A stretch of 64,000 nt of DNA, from assembly GCF_964213995.1 (NCBI RefSeq), contig NW_027590629.1:62001-126000 (forward strand), read 5' to 3'. Made by a program: the position numbers and the translations under genes. Position 1 is the stretch's first letter, and each line of letters starts with the position of its first letter. This document shows positions 49,945 through 60,569 of this stretch, piece by piece. The notes under the pieces were generated by a model. It made no database searches, was not told the DNA's origin, and saw only the letters and a program-made list of their open reading frames with translations. This DNA is from Mustelus asterias. Taxonomy: Eukaryota.

Positions 49945-51139
49945 TGTTAGCGGCTCCGTAGCCCAATGGGACTGTCTTGAAATGTTGCAACATTCATTGG
50001 GAATGCTGTAGACACATTAATCTAAGAATGATTGAAAATGGTTAACAATGTCACAGAACGATGAGAGGCTCATCAATCCATCAGATCTTTGCGAATTATT
50101 TTATGAGGAGCTAAACAATGAATATGTCGTTGCGGGATTGGTGGGTCGATGGGCCTGTTCCTGTGCTGAACTGTTCTTTGTTCCAATTTCAATTTCCTCC
50201 TCTCATTCCATGAAGTTGATGTTTCTCCCTTTTAAGTCATTGAAAAAAACCCATTTGAAGAAGGAGTTTCTGCGGAATCCATGTAGAATTTGCTTTAACA
50301 ACCTTTCCCTTACCCAATGGCAGGAAGTATTGGATTTAGCTTCCCGATATAGTTTTCAATGTAAACATATATTTATTTATGCAATTGATTTCATATCGAT
50401 TTTAGAAAACGAATTTAAATCTGATGAAGCATCTCCTCATTATTTCTGAATTATATCTAATATAACTACATTTACTCCACAGCCTTCCACAGGGTGTGGA
50501 ATATAACCGACGAGAATAAATCACCTACACCTGAAGTAGTCTTCTTGTTTTGTCCTCCTGTGTCCTGAACATCCGATCCGAGAACCTCGAGAATCGATGG
50601 AGAATCTGTCTTATTCACACGGACTTCACATAGGGCAATACAGTGGCACGGTGGTTAGCACTGCTGTTTCACAACACTCGGGACCCAGGTTCAATTGAAA
50701 TTCCTCCTTAGTGTACACGAACAGGCGGCGGAATGTGGCGACGAGAGGATTTTCACACTAAGTTGAATTATTAATTGCAGTATTAATGTAAGCCTGGTTG
50801 TGACACTGGTAAATATGTTTTGGACACGGACACATCCAGAATATGTTTGGCGTTAAAAATAAATGCATCCATTATTGCTTAGTCTGCAAAAGGGTCCACG
50901 TCGATTTGTCAATCAATGATCAGCATTGATGAGAAATAGATTTCTGGCTGCTCCTGCTGTTAAAATGTCGTGTTCCATCGCAATGAATATCTAACACGAT
51001 ATTGCCGCACTTACACCACACCAGGGAATTCCAGTTCAGGAAGTTTACTCTGGAGCTCGCACACTTTTTACGTTGCCAATGAGTCCATTTCTCTTTTGTG
51101 TGTCAATGGCTGTGCTAATCTGCTTGGTTATCTTTCTTA

Positions 51140-51370
51140 GTGATTGTCCGTGTGTCTAGTGGAACAAGCTGCCAGAGAGAGTAGTAGAGGCGGGTACAAT
51201 TTTATCTTTTAAAAAGCATTTTGACAGTTACATGAGTACGATGGATATAGAGGGATATGGGCCAAATGCGGGCAATTCGGATTAGTTTAGGGGTTTATAA
51301 AAAAGGGCGGCATGGACATTTTGGGCCGAAGGGCCTGTTTCCATTTGTAAACCTCTATGAATCTATGTTT
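51140..51370 (+). mobile_element. CR1 extreme 3' fragment
   Basis: Matches 62870-63095. Confidence 0.85.
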
Positions 51371-51924
51371 GAATCGATCGGTTTGGGAATCTATCACTTA
51401 GTTTACTTGTCTCTGTGTTGATTCTGGGCAGTATCCGAGGCTTCCAGTGAGCACGGAGGTGGAGGTATTCATGCATTATCATGGTTAGCAATGCAAACTA
51501 GTAGGTGTCAGAAATCTGCAGAATAATTCTGGATTTATAAAGAGAGACGTTAGAATTGATGTCACTTTCTGGGCATATATCCATATGGTTATATATCCTT
51601 ATTCGTGTTGGTCTTTCCACGGGGCCGTGCGTGTATCTGTTCTCCGCATGTCTGCTGGGTTTCCTCGGATGCTGTGGTTTCCTCCCACAGTCCAAAGATG
51701 TGCAGATTAGGTGGATTGGCCGTGATAAATTGACCCTCGTGTCAGGGAGATTATGTGTGCGGTTACGGGAATAGGGCCTCGGTGGAATTGTGGTCGGTAC
51801 AGAGTCGCTGGGCCGAATGGCCTCCTTCTGTACTGTAGGGGTTCTATGATTCTATGATCTCCAGATGTGTCAGTCTTTGCAGGTTGCCGTGTGTGTACCT
51901 GTTTCCAATATCCGGCTGTGCTGT

Positions 51925-51938
51925 CCGCGGGAGGGCGC
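51925..51938 (+). promoter_or_regulatory. Candidate CTCF site upstream of V segment 1
   Basis: CCGCGGGAGGGCGC fits the CC(A/G)C..G(A/G)GGGCGC core, ~185 bp 5' of the ATG. Confidence 0.45.
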
Positions 51939-52120
51939 TCTCTGATCACTTATGAAAGATCACGATCCCCTTCTGCAGGAAGCGACTGTTTGAAGGTGTA
52001 AAGATGGGCGGAGAGATGGAGTCACCTTCGATCTCATAACATCCCCCTGACTGTTTCAACTTCTCCAATTGCAGATTTGATGCGGACAGTGATCAGTCTC
52101 TCTGTTTCTGAACTCGAACC

Positions 52121-52597
52121 ATGGGGGTGAAACTCTGTCTCACTCTGGTTATTGTCCTGATTACAGGTCTGTCATTTTGAACTTCTGCGTGAACTCTGCC
52201 AGTCACCACATTCATTCCCCATTTCCATCTCGAGGGGATTATTCCGTTGTTGTTACTCCTTCTAACCCACTGCGTGTCTGTTCCCTATTTTCAGACATGA
52301 GTAACGGTGACTCAGTGTCCCAGTCAGAACCAGGAGTTGAAGCAGCAGAGGGTGAAGAATCAGCAATACCCTGCAGTTACTCGGGACAGAGTTTAACTAT
52401 ACAACATTACCTGTTCTGGTATCGCCAGTATACACACCGAGCTCCTCGTTAACTGCTCAGAGCCGCTAATTTACCGAAACGGCTCCAGGTTTTGAACACT
52501 GCAGCGGGAATCTCAACCTGAAACAAAGCACTTTTCACTTGCCCATGGAAGATTTGAAGGTGACAGATAGCGCCGAGTATTACTGTGCACTGAGAGC
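52121..52597 (+). pseudogene. TCR alpha/delta-type V segment 1 (pseudogene)
   Basis: Leader 52121-52166 MGVKLCLTLVIVLIT, GT-AG intron 52167-52294, V exon GDSVSQ..IPCSYS..LFWYRQY..DSAEYYCALR; TAA at 52450-52452 plus a frameshift before APGFEH. Confidence 0.93.
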
Positions 52598-52636
52598 CAC
52601 AGTACATGAAGCTTCATACAAAATCTGGCACAGGTC
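52598..52636 (+). other. Recombination signal sequence of V1 (degenerate 23-RSS)
   Basis: Heptamer CACAGTA 52598-52604, 23-nt spacer, poor nonamer GCACAGGTC. Confidence 0.7.
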
Positions 52637-53159
52637 GATAGTCAATGATTCATTGTCAGGACAACACATGGGGTTAACCTTCAGAGAAAATTTACTCATA
52701 GTGAACGTGACAATACAGTCCCGTCTGAGTGTTTTCTCTCACTGAGGTTACTGATTGTCACTGTTGGGAAATTTGACATGTTTTTACTCATCTTACTATC
52801 ACATCAAGTCCAATCGCTCCCCGATCCTTTCACACAAACCCTCAGATCTCCCAGGTGAACCATGTCATCAGACAGACCACACCTTTCAAAAGTGATCAAA
52901 TATCAAAGGCAGGCTCAGAGTTGTCACATGTTGAAGTCGCTGGGTTAAAATTATTGACTGTAACATGTGTACTTTATAAACAAAAAACCCCAGTTGCAAA
53001 CAGTCGAGGTAACAATATTGGGCGGATATTTTGCTGGTGCTTAAAGTCCACAAATGCTGATGCGGTGAGTTATTTAAACAATTTCGGCTTTCACTCGAGG
53101 TGTCAGAACTGCTTTGTAGAAAGTTAAACAATTTTTATTTTGCTGCCTAATAACGTGCA

Positions 53160-53249
53160 GGCTCGTTGGTCTAGGGGTATGATTCTCGCTTAGGGGATCT
53201 CGCCCCGTTAGCATGCAAGAGGTCCCGGGTTCAAATCCCGGACGAGCCC
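53160..53249 (+). tRNA. tRNA-Pro(AGG) with 18-nt intron (53196-53213)
   Basis: Exons match canonical vertebrate tRNA-Pro except one G>A at 53217 in the anticodon stem; anticodon AGG 53192-53194; insert lies between nt 37 and 38; TTTT at 53263-53266. Confidence 0.88.
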
Positions 53250-53569
53250 CTCATTTATTTCGTTTTGACCAAAATATTGTGTTCAAAAGGAGATATTTTG
53301 ATTTGTTTAAGGTGCAAACGGCGGGATGGCTTTCTGCTGACTGGCTCCGAAAAAGAGTCATAAAGGCACAGAATTTTGCAGCACGGATAGAGCCCACTGG
53401 GACACCCACACGGCAGGCGCGGACACCCATCATGTCTGCGCCTGCCACGTGACAGCTGGACGGGAAGCGTTAGTTCTGATTCTCGCTCCACAGATACTTC
53501 CAGAAATACTGACATAACCCAGTATTTTCTGTTTTTATTTCAGATTTTGAAAGTCCGCAGTGTGCTGCA

Positions 53570-54200
53570 TTATATCAGACTTTGGGCTGACAAGTGGCAA
53601 GTAACATTCGCGCCACACAAATGCAAGACAATGTCCATCACCAATAAGAGAAAATCTAACCACCGCCTCTTGACAGTCAATAGATTTTCCATCACTGAAT
53701 CCCCCATTGTTAACATCCTTACGGTTACCATTGACCAGATACTCAATTGGACTCGCCACATAAACACAATGGCTACAAGAGCAGGTCAGAGGCCAGGAAT
53801 ACTGTGGCGAATAACTCACCGCCTGACTCCCCAGAGCCTGTCCACCATCTACAAGGCACAAGTCAGGAGCGTGATGGAATATTCCCACCTCGCCTGGATG
53901 GGTGCAGCTCCAACAACACACAAGAAGATTGACATCATCCAGGACAAAGCAGCCCGCTTGATTGGCACCACATCCACAAGCATTCAATCCCACCACAGCC
54001 GATGCTCAGTAGCAGCGATGTGTATCTAAAAGATGCACAGTAGCAATTCACCAAAGGTCGGTAGACAGCACCTTTGAAACCCAAGACCACTTCCATCCAG
54101 AAGGAAAAGGGTAGTAGACACATGGGAACATCATCACCTGCAAGTTCTCCTCCAAGTCACTCACCATCCTGACTTGGAATTATGTTGCCATTCCTTCGCA
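53570..54200 (+). mobile_element. CR1/L2-clade LINE 3' fragment
   Basis: ORF 53547-54029 (WADKWQVTFAPHKC, YKAQVRSVMEY, WMGAA). Confidence 0.85.
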
Positions 54201-54294
54201 TGGCCTCATTCTGTGGTGTACTCATTTTCTGGTTTAGTGCGTACCTCACCCTGAGGCCGTGAACCGCAAAGCATTTTCTCATTTCTCATTTCTG

Positions 54295-55025
54295 TCATCT
54301 CTCCCTCAATGTCAACAAAACGGAGATTGTCATTGACTTCAGAAAGCGTCGAGGAGAACATGCCCCTGTCTCCATCAAAGGGAACGAAGTGGAAAGGGTC
54401 GAGAGGTTCAGGTTTTTAGGTCTCCAGATCACCAACAACCTGTCCTGGCCTCCCATGCCGACACTATAGTGAAGAAAGCCCATCAACGCCTCCATTTTCT
54501 CAGAAGACTCAGGAAATTTGGCATGTCAGCTACGACTGTCACCAAGGTTTACAGGTGCACCATAGAAAACATTCTTTCTAGTTGTATCACAGCTTGGTAT
54601 GGCTCCTGCTCTGCCCAAGACCGCAATAAACTACAAAGGGTCGTGAATGTAGCCCAATCCATCACTCAAACCAGCCTCCCATCCATTGATTCTGTCTACA
54701 CTTCCTGCTGCCTCGGCAAAGCAGCCAGCATAGTTAAGGACCCCACGCACCCCACACATTCTCTCTTCCACCTTCTACCTTCGAGAGAAAGATACAGAAG
54801 TCTGAGGTCACGTACTAGCCGACTCAAGAACAGCTTTTGAATGGACATTACCTTGCATTAAGCTGATCTTCCTCTACACCCTGACAATGACTGTAATACC
54901 ACATTCTGCACTCTCCAGTTTCCTTCTCTATGAACAATACGCTTTGTCTGGATAGCGCGCAAGAAAAAATGCTTTTCACTGTATACTAATACATGTGACA
55001 ATAATAAATTAAACCAAATCAAATC
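54295..55025 (+). mobile_element. Rex1/Babar-type LINE 3' fragment
   Basis: KKAHQRLHFLRRLRKFG..YRCTIENILSSCITAWYG..RTSRLKNSF. Confidence 0.85.
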
Positions 55026-55288
55026 GTTTCATTTCTCCTGACTTCCAGACTATTCCTGTTGTTACATTTCCTCCCTCCTGAGTTTCAGTCGTTTCAAATT
55101 CCCACATTTTTCACCTTTTCCCGTTGTAATGAAAGGCCATGGACGTAAAAGTTGAGCGTTGTTTCCCTGTCCACAAATTCTGCCGGAATTCCTAAGTTTA
55201 TGCAGCATTTTCCACCTTCGCTGCAGTTATCTGATCGGCTTTGAATGGCCAAGAGAACATCTTTTCTTTCAATCAGTTGCTGCTTATA

Positions 55289-55369
55289 GGCTCTTTGGTG
55301 TAGGGATATGAATCACATTTTGGTATGCCTTAACCACCGAGATCCCGAGTTGAAATCCGAGACTAGCCC
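55289..55369 (+). pseudogene. tRNA-Pro(TGG) pseudogene with extra sequence 3' of the anticodon
   Basis: GGCTCTTTGGTGTAGGGATATGAATCACATTTTGG..GAGATCCCGAGTTGAAATCCGAGACTAGCCC; 81 nt vs 72 nt canonical. Confidence 0.8.
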
Positions 55370-55719
55370 TACTGTTTCTTCTTATCCCTGTTACATCAAA
55401 ACATCGGAAGCAGGAGTAGGTCATTGGAACATCATCTACCATTCATTGTTATCATGCCTGATAATCAAATTCAATACTCTGATCCGCCATTTAGCCCCAA
55501 GAGCTATATTAAACTTCTCTTGAAATCATAGTGTTTGGCCTCAACTACTTTCTGTGGAAGTGAACTCTGCAGATTCACCACTCTCTGGCTGAAGGAAGTC
55601 TCATCATCCCAGCCGTTATCCTCAAACTATAATCCCTAATTCTGGACTCCCCACTAACGTGAACATTCTTTCTGAATCTACCCTGTTTCATCCGGTCAGA
55701 ATGTTATAAGGTTCCATTA

Positions 55720-56040
55720 GAATCATAGAGTCCCTACAGTACAGAACGAGGCCAATTCGGCCCATCAAGTCTGTACTGACCGCAATCCCATCCAGGCCCC
55801 ACTCCTGTAACTCCATGCATTCACCCTGCTAATCCCCCTGACACTAGGGCCAATTTAACACGGCCAATCAACATTAGCCGCACGTCTTTGGACAATGGGA
55901 GGAAATCGGAACACCCGGAGGAAACCCATGCAGATACGGGGAGAATGTGCAAACTCCACACAGACAGTGACCCGATGCCAGATTTGAACCCCGGACCCTG
56001 GCGTTTTGAGGCAGCAGTGCTAACCAATGTGCCACCCAAA
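55720..56040 (-). mobile_element. HE1-like SINE
   Basis: GGGTGGCACATTGGTTAGCACTGCTGCC head, GACTCTATGATTC tail on -. Confidence 0.9.
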
Positions 56041-56123
56041 ACACGTCTGCCCAGAAATAGCCAGGATTAGTTGGCAAGAAATGCATTTGCCAATGTTGGA
56101 CACCTCAGTGTTAAAATAAGCCG

Positions 56124-56197
56124 CATCCATGAAGGGACTCGAACACACGCATCCTGGTTTAGGAAGCCAGTAGCCTTACGCATTAGGTCACCTGAAC
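56124..56197 (-). pseudogene. tRNA-Arg(CCT) pseudogene
   Basis: - strand GTTCAGGTGACCTAATGCGTAAGGCTACTGGCTTCCTAAACCAGG..GTTCGAGTCCC vs canonical GCCCCAGTGGCCTAATGGATAAGGCACTGGCCTCCTAAGCCAGG. Confidence 0.8.
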
Positions 56198-57509
56198 TAT
56201 AGGTGAGCTACTGCTGCAGCTTTAAAAAGCTGTATATCTCCATCCACATAGACAGTGACTAACCCCAGAATCGAAACCAGGTCCCTGGTCTTGTGAGCCA
56301 GCAGAACTAACCACTGTGTCGCCCTCTCCCACGAAGATTTGATCAGATTTCATGAGCTGCAGATTTTGTCTTTTTCTTTGCAATGCAGGCTTTGGGATTG
56401 GTTCACATGGGGTTTCGTTTGCGAATCTGAGCACAAACTGTGAGAAATATATCAACACAACACAATCGCTCGAAAATAAAGATATGATCAACAGGGTTGG
56501 CTATGTAACTTGACGTTCATTTTATCTCCATTCACCTCTTCAACTGGCCCCATCATTATGGTTTCAATGAGCTGCCTGGATGTTTCTTTTTGTTCATGTG
56601 GGTGTCGCTGGCTAGATCGGCATGCACTGCCCATGAGTGTTTAGCCTTGAGAAAGTAGTGGTGAGCTGCATTCTTGAAACGTTGCAATCCATTTGTACAG
56701 GTACACTTACTGTGCTGTTAGGGAGGGAATTCCACGAATTTGTCCCAATGACAGTGAAAGAACGGCGATATATTTCCAAATCAGAATGCTGAGGGACTTG
56801 AGGGTGGTGTTGGCTGTGTGGCGTTGGAGGGGGGTGGGGGGGTGGGGGGGGGGGGTGGGGCGGGGGAGCTGCCAGGTGGAAACGGTCTTGGGTTTGGAAG
56901 ATGCTGTCTAAAGTGCCTTTGGTGGATTCCTGCATCATGCAGACAAGTGGAGAATATTCTATCGCACTCCTGACTTGTGCCACGTCGAACGTGCACTGTT
57001 CATTGGGAGTCAGGAGGTGAGTTACTCCCGCAGGATTCCCACCGTCTACCCTGCTCTTTTAGCCACTGAATAAACTGATAACATGTGTGCTGAGTCAAAA
57101 TAGGTGTGTCTTCTTTCCTGCTCGGTTTGTCGTGAATTTTCAGCACTTTTGTCTTTTCCTGAATGTATTTTGAGGCTCAAGTAAGAGCCAATATCATATG
57201 ATTGTAAGATACTATATTCAGGTAATATTCATTAGTGGATTCACTGGCGGGAGGGGTCCGGTTTCGAGTCATGTTGTTGACGCTGGATTGATATCGCAGA
57301 GAAGCAGGCTGAAGCTTTGGGAACCAGGGTTCGAATTCCAGCGCAGCAGGTTAACTCAATTCAAGGCAAAGTAGAATTACTGTAAGTGAGTGGAGAAAAT
57401 TGTAATTATGCAACATTTCCTCAGTGAAACGAATACGTTTTGAACATGTTTCTGCCGATTTTGAAGCCTCGGACCGATATGTAAACATTGCTGCATGTTG
57501 TTTTGCCGT

Positions 57510-57582
57510 GGGCCAGTGGCGCAATGGATAACGCGTCTGACTACGGATCAGAAGATTCCAGGTTCGACTCCTGGCTGGCTTG
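57510..57582 (+). tRNA. tRNA-Arg(ACG)
   Basis: Matches canonical vertebrate GGGCCAGTGGCGCAATGGATAACGCGTCTGACTACGGATCAGAAGATTCCAGGTTCGACTCCTGGCTGGCTCG except C72>T (G1-U72); anticodon 57543-57545. Confidence 0.95.
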
Positions 57583-57689
57583 GTTAGTTCACAAACCCCA
57601 CATTCGTGTGGATGAAAAACGTGTTTACACAAATTTTGGACCAATTCAGAGAGATGTTGACCAAATGCAATCAGCTTCTATGAAGAAAT

Positions 57690-58055
57690 TTATCTTAGCT
57701 AATTATTTTTTCAAAAAAATGTTGACTATTTTAAGAAAAAATTTACTGATAAGTTTCAATTAAGTTTTTTTAAAAAAATAGTTTCTTTAAATGACGAATT
57801 CTCGTTAAAGTATTTGGGAAAAATATGTTAGCATGTTTAAGCTACCTTTTAAAAAGTTGGAAATTTCTCGAAAAATACGTGGAAACATTACGTTTTTCAA
57901 AATGTTGAAAACATTTTCTAAAAAGTTGATGAACTCTGATTAAACATGTTTAATTTTAAGAAGCAAAATACACAGAAATGTTTTTAAAAAGTTGACAAAT
58001 TCCAGTTAAAGCAGATGGAGGAATTTCTTTGGAGTAAGTTTAATTTTGAAAAGTT
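57690..58055. repeat. AT-rich degenerate short-period tandem repeat
   Basis: Recurrent TTTT(T)AAAAA(A)GTTG / AAAATGTT units about every 20-25 bp. Confidence 0.65.
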
Positions 58056-58636
58056 CAAATTAGCCAGAAGTTTCTGGTTTGTAATGCTGGGATTGTTGTC
58101 CATTGGAGCGAAGGAGATTGAGGAGCGATTTAATCGAGGTGGACTAAATTAGGGCAAGTTTAGAGGGGGAGGGGCAAATTTTAAGATATTGGGCAAGGCG
58201 CGGGCGAAGAAGATTTGGAAGCAACATTTTATCCACAGCAAGTGCTCAGGACCTAGAACTCATTACCTACGAGAAGATTGGATGCGGTCAATTTAGGTAA
58301 TAGAAACTCTGAGGTGGACATGGACTTCCTGAGAAAGAAGATGAGTCTCCAGGAACATTCTTTAGGCAGGTACATGGATCTCCTCGATGACATTGAATCT
58401 GAAGATCAACCTGTGGAAGCACACCCCTTCCCCGGCCATCGCCCCCACCCACTGTTGAGAACAGTACAGCACAGGAAACAGGCCCTTCGGCCCTCCAAAA
58501 TGTTTGATAAGAACCCCGCTGATATTAAATGCAAGGGCATCAAAATCAAAAAGGGTATTTTGGAACACTGGTTCTTCGTTGTATATATTTTCAATTTCAT
58601 ATAACGGGAAAAAGGATATGCAAAATATTCAGACTA

Positions 58637-58960
58637 TTGAATGGGAACTCCCGACATTTTGAATGGGAACTCCCGACATTGTTACAAGGACAACATTCAC
58701 CATTTCCCTCATTGCCACCACCGCAGAAGCTGTCTTGGCTGAAGGGCCAGCATTGCGGTGAATCCTCGTTTCGGTCCCGCTGTGGGGAAAACAACTTCGT
58801 TGATTCGCTGGCCCTGCTCTGACGTAATAAACTGGAGAACAAAGAGTTTGTGAGCTGATTGGATGAATTGGAGAATCAGGGACATGATTGGGAAGTCATC
58901 AGTTGATTCGTTTGGGAATTAACCAATCGCTGGAGAGACCGAATATATATGTAAATATCT
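58637..58960 (+). promoter_or_regulatory. Putative promoter of V segment 2
   Basis: Tandem 22-bp duplication each with GGGAACTCCC; CRE-like TGACGTAA 58820-58827; ATTGG/CCAAT boxes at ~58858, 58887, 58923; TATATAT at ~58944. Confidence 0.5.
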
Positions 58961-59022
58961 TCACCCAAACAATTACAGATTGAACCCATTCTGTTTATTT
59001 CCGCAATAAACTCCCTGCAAAC

Positions 59023-60530
59023 ATGTTGGGTCTCATTTTGTATTCATTTCTCACTGTTTCAGCTCTTTTGCCTGGTAAGTCTGCAAGGGACATAAACTTC
59101 TTCTTGCAAGCGATGTCGACAGTAATTTAGTTCCGCTTTGCTGTTGATGATAATGTGATCCATGCTCTGATGTCATGAGTTACAATAGAATAACACCTTA
59201 ACTTTCAATATTCCTAAATTTCTGCCGGTGTCGCGACTGGAGACTCAATATCAAAGGAGCCGGTTACAGCGATGAAATTTGAATGGGATTCAAAGAACAA
59301 AGAACAAAGAAAATTACAGCACAGGAACAGGCTCTTCGGCCCTCCAAGTCTGCACCGATCATGGTGCCCGACTGAACTAAAACCCGCTACCCTTCCGGGG
59401 ACCCTATCCCTCTATTCCCATCCTATTCATATATTTGTCCGGACGCACCTTAAAAGTCACGATCGTATCTGTTTCCAGTGCCTCCCCGGCAGCGTGTTCC
59501 AGGCACCCATCACCCTCGGTGTAAAACACTTGCCTCATACATCTCCTTTAAGCCTTGCCCCTCCCACCTTAAACCTATGCCCCCTCGTAATTGACTCTTC
59601 CACCCTGGGAAAAACCTTCTGACTATCCACTCCATCCATGCCCCTCAGAATCTTGAAGACTTGTATCAGGTCATCCCTCAACCTCCGTCGTTCCACTGAG
59701 AACAAACCAAGTTTCTCCAACCTCTCCTCATAGCGAATGGGCGGCACGGTAGCACAGTGGTTAGCACAGTGGTTAGCACTGCTGCTGCACAGCTCCAGGG
59801 ATCTGGGTTCGATTCCCGGCTTTGGTCACTGTCTGTGTGGAGTTTGCACATTCTCCTCGTGTCTGCGTTGGTTTCCTCCGGGTGCTCGCATTTCCTCCCA
59901 CAGTCCAAATATGTGCGGGTTAGGTTGATTGGCCGTGCTAAAAATTGACCCTTCGAGTCCTGAGATGCGTACGTTTGAGGGATTAGCGGGTAAATATGTA
60001 CGGAGATAGGGGTAGGGTCTGGGTGGGATTGTGGTCAGTGCAGACTCGATGGGCCGAATGGCCTCCTTCTGCAGTGTAGGGCTTCTATGATTTTAATGCT
60101 CTCCATGCCAGGCAACATCCTGGTAAATCTTTTCTGTGCCCTGTCCAAAGCCTCAACATCCTTCTGGTAGTATGGCGACCAACATTGAAAATTACATTCC
60201 AAGTGCGGCCTAACTAACGTGCTATAAAGCTGTAATATGACTCGCCAATTTTTAAACTCCATGCCCCGTTGACCAATAGGTTAACGGCACAGCAGCTGGT
60301 GCATATTACATTCAATTGTACCGCCAGGACCGGGAGAAGGCTCCCAGCAAAAAGAACGGAGAAAGCCCCCATCTTCTTGATCTATATCTCTTATTATGGA
60401 GATATTTCCAGCGCAAAGGGTGTGGGAACACTATTTCTGCATATATAGAGACATCGAAATGCGAGGGGAATTTCAGCATGTGTGAGCTGCGGCTGTCGGA
60501 CAGCGCGGTGTATTACTGTGGACTGAGAGA
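59023..60530 (+). pseudogene. TCR alpha/delta-type V segment 2 (pseudogene, split by CR1)
   Basis: Leader 59023-59074 MLGLILYSFLTVSALLP + GTAAGT; acceptor mutated to CCG (59225-59227); GVATGDSISKEP..KFEWDS, CR1 insertion, then YYIQLYRQDREKAP..ELRLSDSAVYYCGLR. Confidence 0.92.
59293..60268 (-). mobile_element. CR1 3' fragment inserted in V2, itself carrying a + strand HE1 SINE (~59739-60092)
   Basis: ORFs 60035-60262 and 59535-59747 are contiguous CR1 peptide once the SINE is removed. Confidence 0.93.
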
Positions 60531-60569
60531 CGCAGTGACAGAAACCAGAGGGAGCCTGGTATGAAAAAA
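60531..60569 (+). other. 23-RSS of V2 (inactivated)
   Basis: Heptamer CGCAGTG (invariant CAC lost), 23-nt spacer, nonamer ATGAAAAAA. Confidence 0.8.

Larger units (their letters stand above)
42500..49990. repeat. Tandem array of five ~1.25-kb units, each containing a tRNA-Val pseudogene
   Basis: Unit marker CATGTTTCAGATGGTGATT at ~42505, 44073, 46128, 47999, 49594; spacers align (e.g. CAGGCGCATAAATTCCGG at 43863, 45917, 47790). Confidence 0.92.

Noticed and set aside
51100-51460. Leader-like MAVLICLVIFLS and a DSGQY motif suggesting another Ig exon
   Set aside because: No conserved Cys/Trp framework, no RSS, inconsistent splice signals
56612-56983. Proline-rich 123-aa ORF
   Set aside because: Produced by a poly-G run (56826-56867) inside an old LINE 3' fragment; G-quadruplex potential but no gene evidence
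57285-57350. Another tRNA gene (GGTTCGAATTCC B-box)
   Set aside because: No cloverleaf or recognisable isotype; more likely a decayed SINE head
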